Source: Eledone cirrhosa (Eukaryota). Taken from it: a stretch of DNA of 64,000 nucleotides. This document shows, piece by piece, positions 11,301-22,661 of the stretch. The position numbers and the translations under genes are program-made. The DNA is taken from positions 1,922,001 through 1,986,000 of the forward strand of contig OZ024742.1 in the NCBI GenBank assembly GCA_964016885.1, read 5' to 3'. Below the pieces are notes generated by a model. That model was given only the letters and a program-made list of their open reading frames with translations, was not told the origin of the DNA and made no database searches. Positions within the stretch are counted from its first letter, which is position 1; every line of letters starts with the position of its first letter.

Positions 11301-14300
11301 TGTGGTGTAGTGTTGTGTAGTTTGGTGTGGTCTGGTGTGGTGTGGTGTAGTTTGGTGTGGTCTAGTGTGGTGTGGTCTGGTGTGGTGTGGTGTGGTGTAG
11401 TGTAGTGTGATGTGGTGTAGTTTAGTGTAGTGTGGTGTGGTGTAGTGTGGTGTGGTGTAGTGAGGTGTGGTGTGTAGTGTGGTGTGGTGTAGTGTGGTAT
11501 GGTGTAGTGTAATGTGGTGTGGTGTAGTGTGGTGTGGTCTGGTGTAGTGTGGTGTGGTGTGGTTTGGTGTGGTGTAGTGTGGTGTGGTGTGGTTTGGTGT
11601 GGTGTGGTGTGATGTAGTGTGGTGTGGTCTGGTGTAGTGTAGTGTGGTGTAGTGTGGTGTGGCGTAGTGTGGTCTGGTGTGGTGTAGTGTAGTGTGGTGT
11701 GGTGTAGTGTAGTGTGGTTTGGTGTGTTATGGTGTGGTGTAGTGTGGTGTAGTGTGGTGTGGTGTGGTGTAGTGTGGTGTGGTGTAGTGTAGTGTGGTGT
11801 AGTGTGGTGTAGTGTAATGTGGTATGGTGTAGTGTGGTATGGTGTGGTGTGGTGTGGCGTGGCGTGGTGTAGTGTGGTGTAGTGTAGTGTTGTGTAGTGT
11901 AGTGTAGTGTGGTGTAGTGTGGTGCAGTGTAGTGTAGTGTGGTGTGGTGTGGTCTGGTGTAGTGTCGTGTGGTGTAGTGTAGTGTAGTGTAGTGTAGTGT
12001 GGTGTGGTGTGGTGTGGTTTGGTGTGGTGTGGTGTGTAGTGTAGTGTAGTGTAGTGTAGTGTAGTGTAGTGTAGTGTAGTGTAGTGTAGTGTAGTGTAGT
12101 GTAGTGTAGTGTAGTGTAGTGTAGTGTAGTGTAGTGTAGTGTAGTGTAGTGTAGTGTAGTGTAGTGTAGTGTAGTGTAGTGTAGTGTAGTGTAGTGTAGT
12201 GTAGTGTAGTGTAGTGTAGTGTAGTGTAGTGTAGTGTAGTGTAGTGTAGTGTAGTGTAGTGTAGTGTAGTGTAGTGTAGTGTAGTGTAGTGTAGTGTAGT
12301 GTAGTGTAGTGTAGTGTAGTGTAGTGTAGTGTAGTGTAGTGTAGTGTAGTGTAGTGTAGTGTAGTGTAGTGTAGTGTAGTGTAGTGTAGTGTAGTGTAGT
12401 GTAGTGTAGTGTAGTGTAGTGTAGTGTAGTGTAGTGTAGTGTAGTGTAGTGTAGTGTAGTGTAGTGTAGTGTAGTGTAGTGTAGTGTAGTGTAGTGTAGT
12501 GTAGTGTAGTGTAGTGTAGTGTAGTGTAGTGTAGTGTAGTGTAGTGTAGTGTAGTGTAGTGTAGTGTAGTGTAGTGTAGTGTAGTGTAGTGTAGTGTAGT
12601 GTAGTGTAGTGTAGTGTAGTGTAGTGTAGTGTAGTGTAGTGTAGTGTAGTGTAGTGTAGTGTAGTGTAGTGTAGTGTAGTGTAGTGTAGTGTAGTGTAGT
12701 GTAGTGTAGTGTAGTGTAGTGTAGTGTAGTGTAGTGTAGTGTAGTGTAGTGTAGTGTAGTGTAGTGTAGTGTAGTGTAGTGTAGTGTAGTGTAGTGTAGT
12801 GTAGTGTAGTGTAGTGTAGTGTAGTGTAGTGTAGTGTAGTGTAGTGTAGTGTAGTGTAGTGTGGTGTGGTGTGGTGTGGTGTGGTGTGGTGTGGTGTGGT
12901 GTGGTGTGGTGTGGTGTGGTGTGGTGTGGTGTGGTGTGGTGTGGTGTGGTGTGGTGTGGTGTGGTGTGGTGTGGTGTGGTGTGGTGTGGTGTGGTGTGGT
13001 GTGGTGTGGTGTGGTGTGGTGTGGTGTGGTGTGGTGTGGTGTGGTGTGGTGTGGTGTGGTGTGGTGTGGTGTGGTGTGGTGTGGTGTGGTGTGGTGTGGT
13101 GTGGTGTGGTGTGGTGTGGTGTGGTGTGGTGTGGTGTGGTGTGGTGTGGTGTGGTGTGGTGTGGTGTGGTGTGGTGTGGTGTGGTGTGGTGTGGTGTGGT
13201 GTGGTGTGGTGTGGTGTGGTGTGGTGTGGTGTGGTGTGGTGTGGTGTGGTGTGGTGTGGTGTGGTGTGGTGTGGTGTGGTGTGGTGTGGTGTGGTGTGGT
13301 GTGGTGTGGTGTGGTGTGGTGTGGTGTGGTGTGGTGTGGTGTGGTGTGGTGTGGTGTGGTGTGGTGTGGTGTGGTGTGGTGTGGTGTGGTGTGGTGTGGT
13401 GTGGTGTGGTGTGGTGTGGTGTGGTGTGGTGTGGTGTGGTGTGGTGTGGTGTGGTGTGGTGTGGTGTGGTGTGGTGTGGTGTGGTGTAGTGTGGTGTAGT
13501 GTAGTGTAGTGTAGTGTGGTGTGGTGTGGTGTGGTGTGGTGTGGTGTGGTGTGGTGTGGTGTGGTGTGGTGTGGTGTGGTGTGGTGTGGTGTAGTGTAGT
13601 GTGGTGTAGTGTGGTGTGGTGTGGTGTGGTGTGGTGTGGTGTAGTGTAGTGTGGTGTAGTGTGGTGTGTAGTGTGGTGTGGTGTAGTGTGGTGTGGTGTG
13701 GTGTGGTGTGGTGTGATGTAGTGTGGTGTGGTCTGGTGTAGTGTGGTGTGGTGTAGTGTAGTGTAGTGTAGTGTAGTGTAGTGTGGTGTGGTGTGGTATA
13801 GTGTAGTGTAGTGTGGTGTGGTGTGGTGTGATGTGGTGTGTAGTGTGGTGTGGTGTAGTGTGGTGTGGTGTAGTGTGGTGTGGTGTGATGTAGTGTGGTG
13901 TGGTCTGGTGTAGTGTGGTGTAGTGTAGTGTAGTGTAGTGTAGTGTAGTGTAGTGTGGTGTGGTGTGGTGTGGTGTAGTGTAGTGTAGTGTGGTGTGGTG
14001 TGGTGTGGTGTGTAGTGTGGTGTGGTGTAGTGTGGTGTGGTGTAGTGTAGTGTAGTGTAGTGTAGTGTGGTGTGGTGTGGTGTGGTGTAGTGTGGTGTGG
14101 TGTGGTGTGGTGTGGTGTGGTGTGTAGTGTGGTGTGGTGTAGTGTAGTGTAGTGTGGTGTGGTGTGGTGTGTAGTGTGGTGTGGTGTGTAGTGTGGTGTG
14201 GTGTAGTGTAGTGTGGTGTGGTTTGGTGTGGTGTGGTGCGGTGTGGTGTGGTGTGGTGTGGTGTGTAGTGTGGTGTGGTTTGGTGTGGTGTGGTGTGGTG

Positions 14301-14535
14301 TGGTGTGGTGTGTAGTGTGGTGTGGTGTAGTGTGGTGTGGTGTGTAGTGTGGTGTGGTGTAGTGCAGTGTGGTGTGGTGTAGTGTAGTGTGGTGTGGTTT
14401 GGTGTAGTGTGGTGTGGTCTGGTGTGGTGTAGTGTAGTGTGGTGTGGTGTAGTGTGGTGTAGTATGGTGTGGTGTGTAGTGTGGTGTGGTGTAGTGTGGT
14501 GTGGTGTGGTGTGGTCTGAAGTAGTGTGGTGTGGT
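8328..14535. repeat. Pentanucleotide satellite (TGTAG/TGTGG)n with pure blocks (GTAGT)n ~12036-12859 and (GTGGT)n ~12860-13485
   Basis: Direct reading. Confidence 0.98.
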
Positions 14536-14561
14536 GAGAGAGGGAGAGCAGAGAGAGCAGC

Positions 14562-14599
<38 letters not shown>

Positions 14600-15726
14600 G
14601 GCAATGCACTCTACGTTCTAACGACTCCGACGATTTGCCGAGGAAATAGGGAAATGGGGTTAAAACAAATAATTTTAAAGACGAAGGGGCAAGTGATCGT
14701 AGAAACTCTAACCTTGGTTGGATGGAAACTGTCTCTGGTATTCCCTTCACACAAACTGGTAAACATATTGTCACAGAGAACACAGAGCAGTCCACTGAAT
14801 GAGTACATTCCACATGACGGGGCTTCTTTCTTAAGATGGAGCGCATTCTTCCGATTTTGTGGAGGAGACCGTCAGTTGGAGACAGAGGAAGTTACGACTG
14901 TAACTGGCGTAAAAAGGAAACGGTGAAAGCCTGGTATTTGTCATCTTCCGCTGTAATGATGGGGTTTGTCACATAAATGAAGAGGTATTTAGTATATATG
15001 TCTCTTTCTACCCCTGTCCTCTTTAATAGTGTTTTGTTTCCATTAAATACTGCTCAATATTTTTTTATAAAATGTCAAACGTTTTCATATTTCCACTAAT
15101 TTTTAAAGTTATTTCAAGAATTAAAGAACCTCTTTTGATGTCTATTGAATACCTGTTGTTGTTGTTGTTGTTGTTGTTTTAGAACTTATTTCCAGTGTTG
15201 CCAATTTTTTCATAAGTAAACGCGCAACATTTAAACTGCTGTTTGGAACATAACTTAATCCTTTTAATACCATATTCCCAACGAAAGATGCTGTTTATGG
15301 TTTTAACTCCTCAAATCAACACCAATATTGGAGGCAAAACAAAGTTCTATGAACAACAAAGGAGAAACATAAACTTAAATAAATATATTCCCCACGCCAC
15401 TACCATAAATGTAACTTAAGGGTCAGTCTATTTCGTGGTCCTTGCTGAGATATTGCCTTCGAGGATGGTGAGGGAGACACGTTAGAACAGCCACTCCATA
15501 TCGTGGGTCTCGTTCTTGCTGGTAGTCAGCTCCTCGGCCGCCTAGCAGTGAGTGTGGTCCGGGGACCAAGAACATCTGATGTCTCCACTGTCACAGGTTC
15601 CTGTTAATTCTAATATTGTTGTAGTCTTTGTTGTTGTTTAACCCCAGGTCAGCCCTGATTCTGTCCTTCGGGTATTTATAGGATTCAGGGATGGCTGAAT
15701 GGTTAAGAGGTTACATTCATAACCAT

Positions 15727-15974
15727 ATGAAGGCGCATGGTTTAGTGGTTAGAGTATTGGGCTTACAATCAAAAGGTTGTGAGTTCAATTCTCGGACCGG
15801 GTGATGTGTTGTTTCCTTGAGCAAGATACTTTATTTCACCTTGCTCCAGTGTACTCAGCTGTAGAAATAAGATGATAGGACTGGGGTCCCTATCATTAAA
15901 TCACCTAAGACACCTCCAACGAGATAGACCTTGGAGGAGGCCAGCTAAACCTGCATAGGTGTGAGCTGTCACAC
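15727..15974 (+). mobile_element. tRNA-derived SINE with 14-bp target-site duplication, inserted in an older SINE head
   Basis: A box tggtttagtgg, B box gagttcaattc, body gtttccttgagcaagatactttatttcac. TSD acattcataaccat at 15713-15726 and 15975-15988. Confidence 0.8.
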
Positions 15975-16177
15975 ACATTCATAACCATGCGGTCTCAGAT
16001 TTAATACTAATCTGACTGATCCCCCATTTTCTGTCTAGGAAAGTAGATATATTCTGAGGTTCAGTGTAGTTATGTATTGACTGTATGGTAGCTCAGTGGA
16101 GGATGTTGCCAGTAAGGAAGAGTATTAGAATAATGGGAGGGAAGAGGGGAGAGATGAGAATGATAGTGTGGAGAGAG

Positions 16178-16182
<5 letters not shown>

Positions 16183-16239
<57 letters not shown>

Positions 16240-16699
16240 TTAACAGTTTGTAAGGTCAAACTGATAAGAAAAGAATTTGATGAAGGATGGCGCTAGAAAA
16301 TTTGATAAGTTAAGTTTGTGTGTACACACTGAAACATGTAAACTTACTCATATTCTCTTTCACACACACACACACATACAAACACACACACACACACACA
16401 GACAGACACAGACACACACACACACACATAGACACATACATACAAACACAGGGAGAGAGAGACATACACACACACAGACACGCACACATACACACTCACA
16501 TAGACACATACAGATACAGACACACACACACACTGAGACACACAGACGCATGAGAGATAATTTGTCGTAGCAAGAGATTCACAAAAGACATTCCAGTCAT
16601 AAACGGGTCTTATGTTAACTCCACTGAAATGGTTATTGCTATATTGAAGAACACCAATCTTTGGATGGACTTTTACCAATTGTATATATGTATATATAT

Positions 16700-16740
<41 letters not shown>
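16183..16740. repeat. (GA)n, (CA)n and (TA)n microsatellite cluster
   Basis: Direct reading. The (TA)n run abuts the PLE 3' end. Confidence 0.9.
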
Positions 16741-16743
<3 letters not shown>

Positions 16744-16943
16744 TTAGTTATACTATTTATGGTTATGTAAACACAAAACCTTAAGCAGTTGTAAGTATTT
16801 TACACACACCCTAAATAGTGGTAGGCAGTAATGTATTACTACCTTATTACCAGTAAGTTAAGTAGCTCAATGTAAAAACATCAGATGATTTACAGAGCAG
16901 TTATATGAAATATATGAATCAAAGAACTGTTCAAAACATTATT

Positions 16944-16992
16944 GTGCTTACAGCTGTTTCCTCCAAACCGAGGTTTGGATTCTTCGGAGCAA
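16944..16992 (-). ncRNA. Minimal type I hammerhead ribozyme, variant core CCGAAGA (Naiad copy 1)
   Basis: Sense: ttgct-CCGAAGA-atccaaacc tc ggtttggag-GAAAC agct GTA-agcac. Stem I tgct/agca, 8-bp stem II, palindromic stem III ACAGCTGT. Confidence 0.75.
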
Positions 16993-18460
16993 TTTATTAA
17001 TGCATGGACAGTTATATGACCTCCTTTTCAGCCGAGAGACATACCAATACATATTCAAACATTGATACATATTCAAACATTGTGGGTCAACATTCATTAC
17101 AGAATTTAGAGTGGCAGTACACACTTCGAGATTACATTTATATTAATAGGTACAATCAAAAAAATCAAAGATATAGGTTAAAGTACAACATGAAGATAAG
17201 TGGATATATAGTGCAAATGTTATATGTGTGCAACATGAAGATAAGTGGATATATAGTGCAAATGTTATATGTGTGGCACGCATGTGCGTCTTGTTTATAT
17301 AGTGTGGCAGAGAGATATGTGTGGTAGAGGCACTTAGGTAGGTAAATAAGAGTGTTAGGTTGGTAGATCTGGTGGCAAAGTCTTTATATGATTGATATAG
17401 TCTGTGTGTGGAGAAATATTATAAGCATTAAAGATAGTGCAAGCATTAAAAGTGTTATAAGTATTGGAGATGCACAGCGCAGGGATGTCAAGTAATTCAT
17501 GTACTTCGGTATTTTCATGGTCAAGGGAGTGTATATTTCGATTATATGCCTTTCACATAATCCACGACAATCCAGTTAGAGATCGTAGTCTGGTGCTCTT
17601 TAGTTCGATACAGGTGGTTGTTACGTTTCGAGAGACGCCATTGAATACCGGAAGTGTGTGTATGGCTAAGGGGAGTTAATGCATGCGGGGAGGTAACTCT
17701 GGGGTTTCTATATCTAGCCATTAAAATGTGTCTCAATATAGACCCTGAATTCTATGGTGAGGTGCACCTTCCAAGAGAGACTTTTAAAGCATAAAGTGTA
17801 CTAACTATAGAGTAGTTTAACTAAATTATGCTGAAGGTGATCATATTATTATTAGGGTGGATTAACCCATCTTAAGGTGCTACAAATGGAAATTATAGAT
17901 GATGAGCGAGGATTCTAAATTAATGATCTCTATGGTTGTAGTCTGCTCATATGACCAGGCGCGGTGATTGCAGGATTGCTTCAGGACCCAATGATCTCTG
18001 GTAAGATCCGGGTCATCGCTTGCTACATTGGATGTCGAAAGATAATCATCGCCAGGCAGGCCAAAGGTCAAGTCGCAGTCCTCGCGACCCCTCTCTGACC
18101 GTCAGATCATCCATATACGTACAACCCGCACGGCAGTTGCATTGCATTCACTCACTGCGCTCAGCGGCCTGGTCCTACTGGTCAACAGCGCTACTCGATT
18201 AAATCATTTTACATCTGTCTAAGGAAGGTGTTTCCTCTGCCCAACACCATCCAACCGATCAATTGATGCTCAAATTACCCTTGGAGCGGCGTAGTGCCGT
18301 CCAGGTGGGTGGATGTTGTCACACCTGCCGTAGAGGTATAAATGGGTATTTTCCCTGCGAAGGGTTCCAGAGGGATGTCGTTGTTTGTGTTATAATGGAT
18401 CAGCTAGTGTTGGGTATGTAGTATAGGGTGTGTCTCTGGTGTTTGATGCTAGATGTGGTG

Positions 18461-20941
18461 TTAGGTTCCAGTCCGACATTGCCATATATGGGGCTTAAAG
18501 TTTTGGAAGGAATGTCTGAGGCGGTGCTGGCAAGTTGCAAACACCTCAGATTTTTTGTTAAGTAGGTTACGGTTGGAGAAGATAATATTGTGTGTCTCTA
18601 GTATACAGAGGTTACAGAATTTATTAGGTGGTTTGTACGAGGTCGCGCTGCCTATCACTTCCCATTTGAGTGTGTATGGTTTATTTTTAGATTTTAGATA
18701 GTGAATGTAGCTAGAAAGTGAGGTGGAGTTGGCTAGGCTGTGCTTTTTGAACGAGTGGATGTGCGAGTTATATCTAATTTTGAAGCAGTTAGAAGTGGAG
18801 CGTACATAGGTTTCTGAAGAGTTATTAGTCGTGACTGTGCATGAGTATATGACATCCTTGGTTAGGCATTTTTTATCTAAAGGGCAGGTTCTATTAGCTC
18901 TACAGTTACAATTATTCTGTGCGTTAGTCCGCTGGTTATAATGCAATGCGGAAGTCTGTGTGGTGGGTATAGGATTTTGGGTGTTCAGGTTGACAACCCT
19001 GGTGTTATTACTTATACTAGTGTTATTTCTATTGTTACTGCCGTTGCTATTGTTGCTTGCTACAGTGGTATTTAGAGGGTTTGCATCCCGTTGCGATTTT
19101 GTTTGTTGGAAGTAAGAACTAATTTTACTATTATTGCTGCTAGCTATGTGGTATGCTAAGTTAGGCGTCGTGGAGTATGAGATTTTAATGGTGTTTTTGT
19201 TTAAGAGGTTGTGGTACTTGTGTCCTAGAGGGAAGTTTTTATCTAGTAGTGAGAAGAAAGCCCTAGGTATGTTGGTGGAGACATTTAGGTTGAAAGGAGG
19301 GTTGAAAAATGTATTATTTCTTCTTCTATTTTTGCTTTTAGTGTTTGGTGTGTTGCTTCCTCCTAAGGCCTCACAGTAGTTTCCATGGTAATGGTTACTT
19401 CCGGTGGCACCCTCCGCTTTGGTGTACTTGTGGTTGCTATTCCTATTATTAGATTTCCTCATGGACATGTTGTGCGAGATGATGTTGTAGCTATGTGTTT
19501 TCTTAGGTAGGAACTCAATTTCTATATTATGGCCGGAGCTAGCTAATGCTTGATTGTAATATTGTGAGTTTTTGCTAAATATGTTTGCGTCATAGGACAG
19601 ACTAGAGATTCTATTGGACACCCCCTTAGAGATAGAGTTTAATATTGATCTAGGGTGATTAGACTTGGTATCTACGTAAATAAGTTTCTCATTAGGCTTA
19701 TGGAAGGGTGTATATATTTTTGAGTCTAGGTATAGTGTGGCGTCTAGGAAGTTAACATTTTTAGTGTTTTTGTCCATGGTGATACTAAGGTTAAAGTTTT
19801 TGAATGTCTTATGCAGTTGTTTTCTAGTTCTTTCTATATTAAATTTCTTATATTCTATGAGTAGAAGTGCATCATCGCGGTACAAACCACCGTTGAGGTA
19901 AGGGAGGTCTTTATGGATTTCATTGAGGAGGTATAGGCCGACCAAATCAGTGACCTGCGCCGAGTCACTAGATCCCATGGTTATGTCGAAGTTGTTGTGC
20001 GTATCCTTGCGTGTCCATAGTTGGTCCTCGAAGGTGATTATGGTTTTACGGGCCGCAAGGATGACATCAACCTGGGCTCTAGTCAGGTCGCTATTGGTCA
20101 TGGCCATGATAAGTGCCTTATTTAATAGGATAGGGGAAATAGAGGTGTAGTATGAATTGATATCAAATTGAATAAATTTTTTGTTCTTATTATTCTTGAT
20201 ATCCTTAAACCATTCAATTACTTCACCCGTATTTCCCCATTGTTTAAGGTGTATCTTGTGTTTAATTTGTGGGATGATTTTATCCAAAATCTTCTTGCTG
20301 ATAATACCAATGTCGGACTTGGAAGGGCAGATAAGTCTTATCGTGGGGTTGCTGATGAAGTTCTCCTTATGGTCCTTCAGAGAGAATCTAGGGGGGTTCG
20401 GAGTGAAAGGTTGTGTATGCCTCTGTAGTCCTAGTTTAGACACTATATTATAACCCTCTACATTAATATCTTCTAAGTTTTTCAAGGTGGTTTTTTTGTA
20501 GCTTTTATGTAGTTCATTATATATAAACTTTCTATAAGTAATATAATCTAGGCTGTATATGTTATTAGTTTTATCTGCGTGTACAATAATTTTATTACTA
20601 GTTTTGAATCCACTAATAGAAGTGTTAAGTTTGTTTAAGAAGGTGTTGCTTCTAATATGGTGCTTATTGTATTTAATGTTCTTAACTAGTTTAACTAGGT
20701 CATTTTCAAAGGAGTTAAGTAGAGTGTTATGAGGGGGGCTTTTAAAGGTTTTAAAGCCGAAGGAGTCAAAATTGTTAGTATTATTCAAGTTGTTAGATTT
20801 GTTTCTATCATAATGGAATGTCCTCCATCTCACTCTATTGATAAATGAATTTACACTGTTGATCAGCAATTTCTCATATGTATTCCTGGATGGTATTGGT
20901 ATGTTCTTGGTTGACATGGGGAGTTGGTCTTTGATTAGCAT
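18461..20941 (-). CDS. PLE (Naiad-like) reverse transcriptase / GIY-YIG endonuclease, 826 aa
   Basis: N-terminal STKNIPIPS..Y...LI....FI.R.RW; RT motifs FDINSYYTSI, ITMGSSDSAQVTDLVG, GLYRDD, NFLD; CNC-x4-CP-x4-C linker; VIYSC...YV(R/G)ST..FK.RY..H endonuclease; C-terminal CNLC..E and CQH. Confidence 0.95.
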   Translation of the reverse strand: MLIKDQLPMSTKNIPIPSRNTYEKLLINSVNSFINRVRWRTFHYDRNKSNNLNNTNNFDSFGFKTFKSPPHNTLLNSFENDLVKLVKNIKYNKHHIRSNTFLNKLNTSISGFKTSNKIIVHADKTNNIYSLDYITYRKFIYNELHKSYKKTTLKNLEDINVEGYNIVSKLGLQRHTQPFTPNPPRFSLKDHKENFISNPTIRLICPSKSDIGIISKKILDKIIPQIKHKIHLKQWGNTGEVIEWFKDIKNNKNKKFIQFDINSYYTSISPILLNKALIMAMTNSDLTRAQVDVILAARKTIITFEDQLWTRKDTHNNFDITMGSSDSAQVTDLVGLYLLNEIHKDLPYLNGGLYRDDALLLIEYKKFNIERTRKQLHKTFKNFNLSITMDKNTKNVNFLDATLYLDSKIYTPFHKPNEKLIYVDTKSNHPRSILNSISKGVSNRISSLSYDANIFSKNSQYYNQALASSGHNIEIEFLPKKTHSYNIISHNMSMRKSNNRNSNHKYTKAEGATGSNHYHGNYCEALGGSNTPNTKSKNRRRNNTFFNPPFNLNVSTNIPRAFFSLLDKNFPLGHKYHNLLNKNTIKISYSTTPNLAYHIASSNNSKISSYFQQTKSQRDANPLNTTVASNNSNGSNNRNNTSISNNTRVVNLNTQNPIPTTQTSALHYNQRTNAQNNCNCRANRTCPLDKKCLTKDVIYSCTVTTNNSSETYVRSTSNCFKIRYNSHIHSFKKHSLANSTSLSSYIHYLKSKNKPYTLKWEVIGSATSYKPPNKFCNLCILETHNIIFSNRNLLNKKSEVFATCQHRLRHSFQNFKPHIWQCRTGT

Positions 20942-21189
20942 ATTGGCAATATTATATGTCAGCTCAACGATATGGAGCAGTTAATAGTATTAGTTATACT
21001 ATTTATGGTTATGTAAACACAAAACCTTAAGCAGTTGTAAGTATTTTACACACACCCTAAATAGTGGTAGGCAGTAATGTATTACTACCTTATTACCAGT
21101 AAGTTAAGTAGCTCAATGTAAAAACATCAGATGATTTACAGAGCAGTTATATGAAATATATGAATCAAAGAACTGTTCAAAACATTATT

Positions 21190-21238
21190 GTGCTTACAGC
21201 TGTTTCCTCCAAACCGAGGTTTGGATTCTTCGGAGCAA
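21190..21238 (-). ncRNA. Minimal type I hammerhead ribozyme, variant core (Naiad copy 2, ~250 nt upstream of the ORF start)
   Basis: Identical to 16944-16992. Confidence 0.75.
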
Positions 21239-22661
21239 TTTATTAATGCATGGACAGTTATATGACCTCCTTTTCAGCCGAGAGACATACCAATACATAT
21301 TCAAACATTGATACATATTCAAACATTGTGGGTCAACATTCATTACAGAATTTAGAGTGGCAGTACACACTTCGAGATTACATTTATATTAATAGGTACA
21401 ATCAAAAAAATCAAAGATATAGGTTAAAGTACAACATGAAGATAAGTGGTTATATAGTGCAAATGTTATATGTGTGGCACGCATGTGCGTCTTGTTTATA
21501 TAGTGTGGCAGAGAGATATGTGTGGTAGAGGCACTTAGGTAGGTAAATAAGAGTGTTAGGTTGGTAGATCTGGTGGCAAAGTCTTTATATGATTGATATA
21601 GTCTGTGTGTGGAGAAATATTATAAGCATTAAAGATAGTGCAAGCATTAAAAGTGTTATAAGTATTGGAGATGCACAGCGCAGGGATGTCAAGTAATTCA
21701 TGTACTTCGGTATTTTCATGGTCAAGGGAGTGTATATTTCGATTATATGCCTTTCACATAATCCACGACAATCCAGTTAGAGATCGTAGTCTGGTGCTCT
21801 TTAGTTCGATACAGGTGGTTGTTACGTTTCGAGAGACGCCATTGAATACCGGAAGTGTGTGTATGGCTAAGGGGAGTTAATGCATGCGGGGAGGTAACTC
21901 TGGGGTTTCTATATCTAGCCATTAAAATGTGTCTCAATATAGACCCTGAATTCTATGGTGAGGTGCACCTTCCAAGAGAGACTTTTAAAGCATAAAGTGT
22001 ACTAACTATAGAGTAGTTTAACTAAATTATGCTGAAGGTGATCATATTATTATTAGGGTGGATTAACCCATCTTAAGGTGCTACAAATGGAAATTATAGA
22101 TGATGAGCGAGGATTCTAAATTAATGATCTCTATGGTTGTAGTCTGCTCATATGACCAGGCGCGGTGATTGCAGGATTGCTTCAGGACCCAATGATCTCT
22201 GGTAAGATCCGGGTCATCGCTTGCTACATTGGATGTCGAAAGATAATCATCGCCAGGCAGGCCAAAGGTCAAGTCGCAGTCCTCGCGACCCCTCTCTGAC
22301 CGTCAGATCATCCATATACGTACAACCCGCACGGCAGTTGCATTGCATTCACTCACTGCGCTCAGCGGCCTGGTCCTACTGGTCAACAGCGCTACTCGAT
22401 TAAATCATTTTACATCTGTCTAAGGAAGGTGTTTCCTCTGCCCAACACCATCCAACCGATCAATTGATGCTCAAATTACCCTTAGAGCGGCGTAGTGCCG
22501 TCCAGGTGGGTGGATGTTGTCACACCTGCCGTAGAGGTATAAATGGGTATTTTCCCTGCGAAGGGTTCCAGAGGGATGTCGTTGTTTGTGTTATAATGGA
22601 TCAGCTAGTGTTGGGTATGTAGTATAGGGTGTGTCTCTGGTGTTTGATGCTAGATGTGGTG

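Noticed and set aside
8328-14535. Telomeric repeat
   Set aside because: Units are TGTAG/TGTGG, not TTAGGG, and the array is internal with unique flanks.
6236-14846. 560-1060 aa ORFs (LSL/HTT/VVWCG repeats)
   Set aside because: Translations of CT and pentamer repeats, open in several frames.
15732-15805. tRNA gene
   Set aside because: A and B boxes are present but there is no proper acceptor stem; it continues into a SINE body and is flanked by a TSD.
17004-18202. Small ORFs in the Naiad UTR and their duplicates at 21250-22403 and 23787-23981
   Set aside because: Short, with no motifs; they recur only because the DNA is duplicated.
18461-20941. Selenoprotein-type Naiad (UGA recoding, SECIS)
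   Set aside because: The ORF has no in-frame TGA and ends in TAA; the ATGA-containing hairpin in the UTR lacks SECIS geometry.
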